DNA of 13,957 nucleotides from Octopus sinensis (lineage: Eukaryota). Position numbers and translations under genes: made by a program. Positions 6,830 to 13,957 of the stretch are shown here, one piece after another (the stretch's first letter is position 1; every line of letters begins with the position of its first letter). Location: contig NW_021826004.1 of NCBI RefSeq assembly GCF_006345805.1, positions 1 to 13,957 on the forward strand. The letters are read 5' to 3'. The notes beneath the pieces were generated by a model that saw only the letters and a program-made list of their open reading frames with translations, made no database searches and had not been told where the DNA came from.

Positions 6830-6909
6830 AGTCCCAAATCAAACCTGACTGAGTTGACCTAAAATCAAAGAAAGTCTAAACATGCCCATCCTTGTTGCAG
6901 TTTTCTTTT

Positions 6910-7291
6910 TTTTATTTTTTTACTCGTTTCAGTAATGAGACTACGGTCATGCAAGGCACCACCTTGATGATTTTACTTGAAGGAATTAACCCAAGTACTT
7001 TTTTTATATTTTAAGCCTGGTAGTTATTCTTTCGACCTCCTAAGTTACAGGTACGTAAACACACCAACAGTGGTTGTCGAGCGATGGCAGGAGACAAATA
7101 CACACACACACGCACACGCATATATATACGATGGACTTCTTTCAATTTCCGTTTATCAAATCCACTCACAAGGCTTTGGTCGGAACGAGGTTAAGGTAGA
7201 AGGCACTTACCCATGGTGCCGTGCACTGGGACTGAACGCAGAACCCTGTGGTTGGGAAGCAAGCTTCTTACCACACAGCCACTTTTGTGCC
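6910..7291 (-). mobile_element. SINE family A, full length, diverged
   Basis: Minus strand from 7291: GGCACAAAAGTGGCTGTGTGGTAAG (A-box-like), CGTTCAGTCCC (B-box-like), internal CA/TA spacer at ~7097-7129, then the 3' half and an A-rich tail. Confidence 0.88.
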
Positions 7292-7527
7292 TATAATATC
7301 TAGTCTAAAAACGGTTGGACATGAATTGAGTGAAATGTGAGAATTATTTCTAGAGAGACTGGGCTTGCAAGGTTTAATTAAACGCACTAACTGACTTCTG
7401 CTCGGTTATTAGGCGTTTCTTTTTGTTTCATGACATAAGAGTTCTTAGACTACAATGGGTGGCACCAAGGTCTTAAATAGCAGACTGTAACAACATGATC
7501 CCCTCATATATGGGGTTACACTGTGTC

Positions 7528-7697
7528 CTCGCATAACAGATTGTAGTCGTATTGTAACTCCCGAATAGTCACTCCATAGCAAGGTTTAATAGCTCCAGAA
7601 TAGTCGCAGAATAACAGGGTATAATAGTTCCAGAATGGTCACAACTTGGAATAATATGATGGTCGCAACATAACAAGGTGTAGTATCACCAAAATAG
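7528..7697. repeat. Degenerate ~35-bp minisatellite, about 5 units
   Basis: 7571-7605 (ACTCCATAGCAAGGTTTAATAGCTCCAGAATAGTC) and 7606-7640 (GCAGAATAACAGGGTATAATAGTTCCAGAATGGTC), with looser units at 7528-7570, 7641-7664 and 7665-7697. Confidence 0.7.
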
Positions 7698-8094
7698 AAC
7701 AACTCTATCATCACTGTGGATAGTGTCACTATGGTCATCTTTATACAAGGGTGTGGTGGTATAAGGTTACCGTATTTCTTGACACTTCCCTACTTGAGCC
7801 TCTTGTCATCTTCTCTCCGGACAATTCATATTGTCCGCAGCACGTTCCTCTCTCTGACACCACTCTCAAATACTTTTATTTTATACTCATTATTATGTTT
7901 ATTATTTCCCTTTCAATCACTTTTAGTTTACACGTTTTATCATACACGTCCTTTTCTTCTATCTCCCCTCAATCACAAACACACACACACACACACATTT
8001 TCTTTCTCTTTCCCATTCAAACGTAGACCATCAATTATGTTTGTTTTTACACTGTCATATCTGTCATACTAGTTGAATCTTCTTCACAGTATGT

Positions 8095-8155
8095 CTATAT
8101 ACATACATACATGCATATACTTATGCATTCATATATACTCACACACATATATATG

Positions 8156-8196
<41 letters not shown>

Positions 8197-8209
8197 AACA
8201 TATATTATG

Positions 8210-8250
<41 letters not shown>

Positions 8251-8592
8251 TATATGTGTGTGTGTGTGTATGTGGTGTGTGTGTGTGTGGTGTGTATAGT
8301 TAATCAAACATGAACACAAGAAAAACTATATATATTTACAATGTATATAATATATATGTACGAAATTTATATATTTATACATACAAACGTACCCATATAA
8401 TATATATGTGTGTATATATATGCGCATACATCCATACACACACATACACACACATATACATATATATATACATATACATGTTCATATATATATGTATATG
8501 TATGTTTGTATGCAAGTATATATATATATATATATAATATATATATATATATATACACAAATACATAAATACATACATACATACATACATAC
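8095..8592. repeat. TA/TG/CA low-complexity region
   Basis: Direct read. Confidence 0.88.
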
Positions 8593-8952
8593 GCGCATTG
8601 ACTTACGTTCGCACACAATTTGCATTCTTCCGTTCCTCTCTCTGTCATTACCGTAGACAGTGCTTCACAACCTTATTTTGAGTCTAAGAGATGGTTCTCT
8701 TCTATCTGTGCATATTTACACAGACTATAAGAGTACAAATAAGAGAGTGTGTGCATGCGTGCATGTGCGTGTGTGTGTGTGTGAAGGGTGAAGGGTCGTT
8801 AATTTGCATTACCTTTTGTTGAAGCGTTTCAATTTCACGTTCATTTATGTGCAATTAAGCATTATAAAATTTCACTCCGCCACATTACAATTACCTACAT
8901 TTCAGTGGCCCCCATTTGTAAACGACTCCTCGAGAAACACCGTCATAACACA

Positions 8953-9130
8953 CTTCTTCTTCCTTCTTCTTCTTCTTCTTCTTCTTCTTCTTCTTCTTCT
9001 TCTTTTTCTTCTTTCTTCTTCTCTTCTTCTTCTTCATCTTCTTTTCTTCTTCTTCTTCTTTCTTCTTCTTCTTCTTCTTCTTCTTCTTCTTCTTCTTCTT
9101 CTTCTTCTTCTTCTTCTTCTTCTTCTTCTT

Positions 9131-9161
<31 letters not shown>

Positions 9162-9209
9162 TTCTTATTCTTCTCCTTCTTCTTCTTCTTCTTCTTCTTC
9201 TTCTTCTTC
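8953..9209. repeat. (TTC)n trinucleotide array, ~257 bp, few interruptions
   Basis: Direct read. It explains the poly-L, poly-S and poly-K ORFs. Confidence 0.98.
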
Positions 9210-9289
9210 GTTACAATTATATTATTAGCATCAGTGGCACACGTGACAATGGGAAACGGACAGGTGGCGACATTCGCTCTCTCATATCT

Positions 9290-9355
9290 CCACACACATA
9301 CACACACACGCGTGCGCGTATACACGCACACACAACACACACACACACACACACC

Positions 9356-9430
<75 letters not shown>

Positions 9431-9535
9431 ATGTTACATATATGTATATATATATATATATATATATAAATATTCATAGTTTCCAGCGCACACACATGTA
9501 TATATACCTCATACAAAACTTATGTATATATATAT

Positions 9536-9567
<32 letters not shown>

Positions 9568-9622
9568 CCAATAAGTAGCAAATATTCAGGAATGAATATT
9601 TATAAAGATATACATATTCATG

Positions 9623-9664
<42 letters not shown>

Positions 9665-9772
9665 ATCTATACGTATATATATGCACACATATAAATGCAT
9701 ATATACCTGTATATTTAATATACGTATACATGTATATGCTTATTTATGCATATTTGTGTACAAACATGTGTG

Positions 9773-9825
<53 letters not shown>

Positions 9826-10015
9826 TATATATATATATATTATATATATATTACATATATATATATATATGCTTATTTGTATTATATATGAATACATATA
9901 TGAATCTTTATGTGTCTGTGTATCCACATGTCTGAATATGTATATATATATAAGTATATTAATAAATACAAGCGTATACTGCATATACTATGCATATGTA
10001 TGTAAATATATATGA
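9290..10015. repeat. CA/TA low-complexity region
   Basis: Direct read. Confidence 0.88.
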
Positions 10016-10022
10016 GTGCATA

Positions 10023-10174
10023 TCTTTTGTTCTTTTACTTGTTTCAGTCATTTTGATTGCGGCCATGCTGGAGTACCGCCTTTAGTCGAGCAAATCGACC
10101 CCAGGAATTATTCTTTGTAAGTCTAGTACTTATTCTATCGTTCCCTTTTGCCGAACCGCTTGTCAAGCGATGTT

Positions 10175-10212
<38 letters not shown>

Positions 10213-10238
10213 ACACACACACACACACCACATATATA

Positions 10239-10289
<51 letters not shown>

Positions 10290-10439
10290 ACGGGCTTCTT
10301 TCAGTTTCCGTCTACCAAATCCACTCACAAGGCCCTAGGCTATAGTAGAAGACACTTACCCAGGTGCCACGCAGTGGGACTGAACGAGGGCCCATGTGGT
10401 TGGTAAGCAAGCTACTTACCACACAGCCTTTCCTGCGCC
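10023..10439 (-). mobile_element. SINE family A, full length with two internal deletions
   Basis: Head GGCGCAGGAAAGGCTGTGTGGTAAG on the minus strand, B-box-like CGTTCAGTCCC, CORE-like CCTGGGTAAGTGTCTT, expanded internal spacer at 10178-10288. Relative to sibling copies, ~30 bp is missing at 10160/10161 and ~10 bp at ~10333. Confidence 0.92.
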
Positions 10440-11040
10440 TATATGTTTACTTATGTATGTATGCGCATATGCAAATATATGTATATATGACTATACATAT
10501 ATGAATATATGTATACACATGCTTAACAGAGGCATTCTCTTTACATCTATTTGTGTGTGCGCTTGAGTACGTGTGTATTTATGTGCGCCCGTGTCTTTAT
10601 TTTTGAGTGCGTGTAAGTTCATTATATATATTTTGAACGTCCATGTATGTGTTCTCTCGTACTGACATGCGCATTTATGATTATTTGAGGGCTAGCGTAG
10701 TTGTTTGTCTATTTGTGTTTCCCAGGGTACTATTACCGCTCTACGTGAGGAAATCCATGCGAGATCAGCTTAGCCAGAAACACACACCTTACAATTTCCC
10801 AGGCTTCACGCAGTAAAGATGTTTGTCTGGTCGTTCATTAGGAAACCTCCTTGACCAACCCATCACAACAATTGTAAATTGCCACTCTTCTTCATCTTAA
10901 GCCTGCATATTTGCAGTTTATTACTGAAAAGGCAGGAACTGTTCCGTTATATGGTGACATGATGCATCCATCATTTATTTATAATAAACAAGCAGCTTGA
11001 ATATCTGTGTTCGTGTATGTGCGTGTGTGAGTGCGTGTGT

Positions 11041-11065
11041 ATCTATCTGTCTGTCTGTCAGTTTG

Positions 11066-11121
<56 letters not shown>

Positions 11122-11148
11122 GAAAGATAGATAGATAGATAGATAGAT
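11041..11148. repeat. (ATCT)n followed by inverted (AGAT)6
   Basis: 11097-11120 pairs perfectly with 11125-11148 around an AGAA loop. Confidence 0.95.
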
Positions 11149-11236
11149 CGGCATATATGTGTATATATACACATATACATTGCTTGTATTTTGTCAAGTT
11201 ATATATGAAATTCATTTAACATTCAACTGAAGTAGT

Positions 11237-11718
11237 CTTTTATCTTTTATCTTTTACTCATCCCACTCATTTGATTGCGGTCATGCTGGGACAACGCCTT
11301 GACGGGTTTTGTCGAACAAATCGACCCCGCGACTTATATTTACTTTTAAGCCTAGTACTTGTTCTCCCTGTCTCTTTTGTGAACCGCTAAGTTACGGAGA
11401 CGTAAACACAACACCGATTGTCAAGCGGTGGGGTGAGGTTAGACGGACATAATGATACACACATATACATATATACCTAGATATACAAAAATGTATTAAA
11501 GAATTTGCTTTGTCTTCTTCTCATTTGCACACACACGCACGCACGCACACACTCACACACACATACATGACAGGCTACTTTCAGTTTCCATCTGCCAAAT
11601 CTGCTCACAAGGCTTTTGTCGGCTTAAAGCTATTATAGAAAATCCTTGCCTAAGGTGCCACGCAGAAGGACTGAACCCAGAACCATGTCTTTGGAAGCAA
11701 TGTTGTTACCACACAGCC
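11237..11718 (-). mobile_element. SINE family A, near full length, diverged, enlarged spacer
   Basis: Colinear with the other copies. The spacer at ~11444-11568 includes a non-repetitive ~42-bp insert (~11487-11528). Confidence 0.85.
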
Positions 11719-13257
11719 GGGCCAACGCTTATGCCAGCGTTATTCAATAATTTTTAGCAAAGAGCATAGTTATTATTAGTTCGAAGGAAAAATGTTTGAC
11801 AGTTACTTCCCAATTTTGGATTGCAGGCTTAACTCAGATAATGATTTAATTTCGTTCCTTTTTTCTATCTATAGTATTTGACAGTAAGAATGTGCGAGAA
11901 ATGTGCACTCACATACACAGGTATTATAGGTAGCACAGCCATCGACATGGTAAACTGCGTCCCTTGGATATTTACTCCTTGCAGAACCCAATACCACTGT
12001 TTATGAATACAACAGATTTCTTTCAGTTACCCTCACATCTTCGGTATGATTTGACCACAGCACACAGAGAGCCAAAATAAATGTATTTCGATTAGAAATA
12101 CAATTTGAATCTCTCTATCAAAAATGAACAACGTAGTTACGCGATTTATCGGACCTGAAGCAAAAATAGGATATTACCAGATTCTAGAAAATTAGATTTT
12201 AATCAATGAAAGAATGGGTATTGTATACCCACAGTGATCTATGGTATATACAAACACATACAGAGCCAAACTGGTCTCTGATTTTTCATAACATTGAACG
12301 CGTAGCTTATTTTAGTTTGTTTCATAAGCTTCTTCTTCTGCTCGAACATGGTGGTCCCAATAACCACTAGATCATGTCTGGTGGCACACTTATCAGCCTC
12401 ACACTCAATACACTCCAAACTCTATCGAACAGGGTGAGTAGGATTTCTTCACTCTTGAATGAGATGGTGGAATCGATTTATTGTTGCTCTTCAGAAATAA
12501 ACCACTCATTCATTATTCCATTTTTCTTATTGAACAACACGGTATCTTTTTAGCTCCATACTTTTGTTTCTTTTGTATGAGTCGGCCTTGCCACGCACCG
12601 ATTTTTAATGCCTACACACCAGTATAACACAGTGCATCTCTCTGGAATTTTTCTAAACGTCCAAGGACACGAGTTGAACGTGAGGCCCCTTCTTTGTCTT
12701 TCTTCTTTTATTTGTGATTGCTAATGTATTTCTTTTACAATCTCATTGTTGTAGTTGCTCTTGTTCAGTGATTGTTCGGCAACTGTTTCTGTTCTTCTTG
12801 GTGGTGGTGATTATGATACAAACTTCTCTTTCCCCTTAATCATTTATGTTGGAGAGGTTGCAGTTTTACTAGAGACTAAAATAAACAACATCACCAGTTC
12901 CTTGTGTTCATGTTTGGTCCTAAAACAATAGAATGTAAAAGGTGTGAATTATTTTCAGCACTTATAGAGCTAAATGAAATATTTATAATTTAGGCAGACG
13001 CAATAATAATTATAATAATGGTAGTAGTACTAATAATAATAAATATAATAGTGATAATACTAAGAAAAAGAAAGAAACAAAATTGCGATGAAAACTGAAA
13101 AGTGAATATGAATATAATTAAAATACAAATTGTATTTATTTTTGCAGAGCATCTATAAGATATAATGTGCAAATCTGAAGGGTTTGCCAACAACAAATAA
13201 TGTTTACGTACGCAACATAATAGCAACATTAGGTCCCTGTTTATTCATCTCTCACAG

Positions 13258-13275
13258 ATCCGATTCTAATCCCTG
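13258..13275 (+). other. Candidate 18-nt microexon
   Basis: CCCTGTTTATTCATCTCTCACAG | ATCCGATTCTAATCCCTG | GTGAGT: good acceptor and donor, length divisible by 3, two of three phases open. No transcript evidence. Confidence 0.35.
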
Positions 13276-13363
13276 GTGAGTAATTTCGTGATTTCTCATC
13301 TTAGACTTTTATTTTCTCATCTAGGCAATGTTCATTCCAACATACATATGGTAACAAGATATG

Positions 13364-13513
13364 AGAAGAAGAAGAAGAAGAAGAAGAAGAAGAAGAAGAA
13401 GAAGAAGAAGAAGAAGAAGAAGAAGAAGAAGAAGAAGAAGAAGAAGAAGAAGAAGAAGAAAAGAAGAAGAAGAAGAAGAAGAAGAAGAAGAAGAAGAAGA
13501 AGAAGAAGAAGAA
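13364..13513. repeat. (GAA)n trinucleotide array, ~150 bp
   Basis: Direct read; one extra A at ~13460. Confidence 0.98.
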
Positions 13514-13649
13514 TGCGATTGCTTGAGTTTATAGTCCATTTAAAACTGCTGAACAGATTATTTTTTCTGCTTTTCTACACTTGACATGTAAATATTGCTC
13601 TTGAGATTTTAGTATAATTAAACAGAGTTCAGCCTATAGTGTAAATGAA

Positions 13650-13650
<1 letters not shown>

Positions 13651-13682
<32 letters not shown>

Positions 13683-13703
13683 GATGATGATGATGATGAC
13701 GAT
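13651..13703. repeat. (TTA)n-(GAT)n compound microsatellite
   Basis: Direct read. Confidence 0.93.
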
Positions 13704-13957
13704 TTCTTTATTAGCCACACAGGGATTACATGAAGAAAAACAATAGTAACGGTACAGACGGCACCGAAAGGTACAGTGTGGGTTTTAGCGTGTAAAAAGT
13801 CATTATAACGAAATATGAAAATATATTCAAACAGTATATTTGTATATATCTTCAGTGAAAAGCACAATAGGGAGAACTTCTGAGGGTCGCACATGGAGAA
13901 AGCCCACAAAAAGCTACGGTCAAACTGACCGCCTGGGAATGTGCTTTTTCCAAGTTC

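Noticed and set aside
7528-7697. CRISPR-like array
   Set aside because: Units are directly tandem and degenerate with no unique spacers, there are no cas genes, and the context is eukaryotic.
7818-7837. Perfect 8-bp hairpin CGGACAAT-TCAT-ATTGTCCG
   Set aside because: A single short stem with no supporting context; plausible by chance in 14 kb.
12329-12433. 105-nt open segment with C2H2-like spacing (FFCSNM...LVAHLSASH)
   Set aside because: The second Cys and the conserved Phe are missing and there is only one unit. It is kept only as an alternative acceptor in the speculative exon chain.
66-13909. Most ORF-track entries (poly-YI, HT, CV, poly-L/K/S, IYLS)
   Set aside because: They are translations of microsatellites or SINEs, which lack stop codons in some frames. 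Only 3046-3348 has real protein motifs.

Overview
This is AT-rich, microsatellite-dense eukaryotic non-coding DNA. The tRNA-headed SINEs and TA/CA/TATC tracts look like coleoid cephalopod (Octopus-type) sequence, which I infer from repeat recognition, not from a search. No intact protein-coding gene is supported, and nearly all ORF-track entries are translated microsatellites. The main object is a 1.43-kb fold-back Penelope-like retroelement (PLE) at 2810-4236. It has ~225-bp inverted arms (2810-3034 and 4010-4236, with a 150-bp block of perfect identity) around a minus-strand, 5'-truncated, decayed RT-thumb/Cys-linker/GIY-YIG frame (4015->3046; 3 stops, 3 frameshifts, YIG->YVE). Each arm carries an intact minimal type I hammerhead ribozyme with a compensated U3-A8 core (UUGAAAA...GAAAC-CG-GUC) at 2928-2967 (-) and 4077-4116 (+). 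Two further degenerate hammerhead-like modules lie nearby (2612-2657 on -, 5082-5145 on +). The rest comprises six copies or fragments of one SINE family, one copy of a second SINE family that shares a GTCGA-N5-TCGAC hairpin with the first, a possible L1/Tx1 relic, long (TTC)n and (GAA)n tracts, a microsatellite palindrome, a 35-bp minisatellite, and weak candidate + strand exons including an 18-nt microexon.
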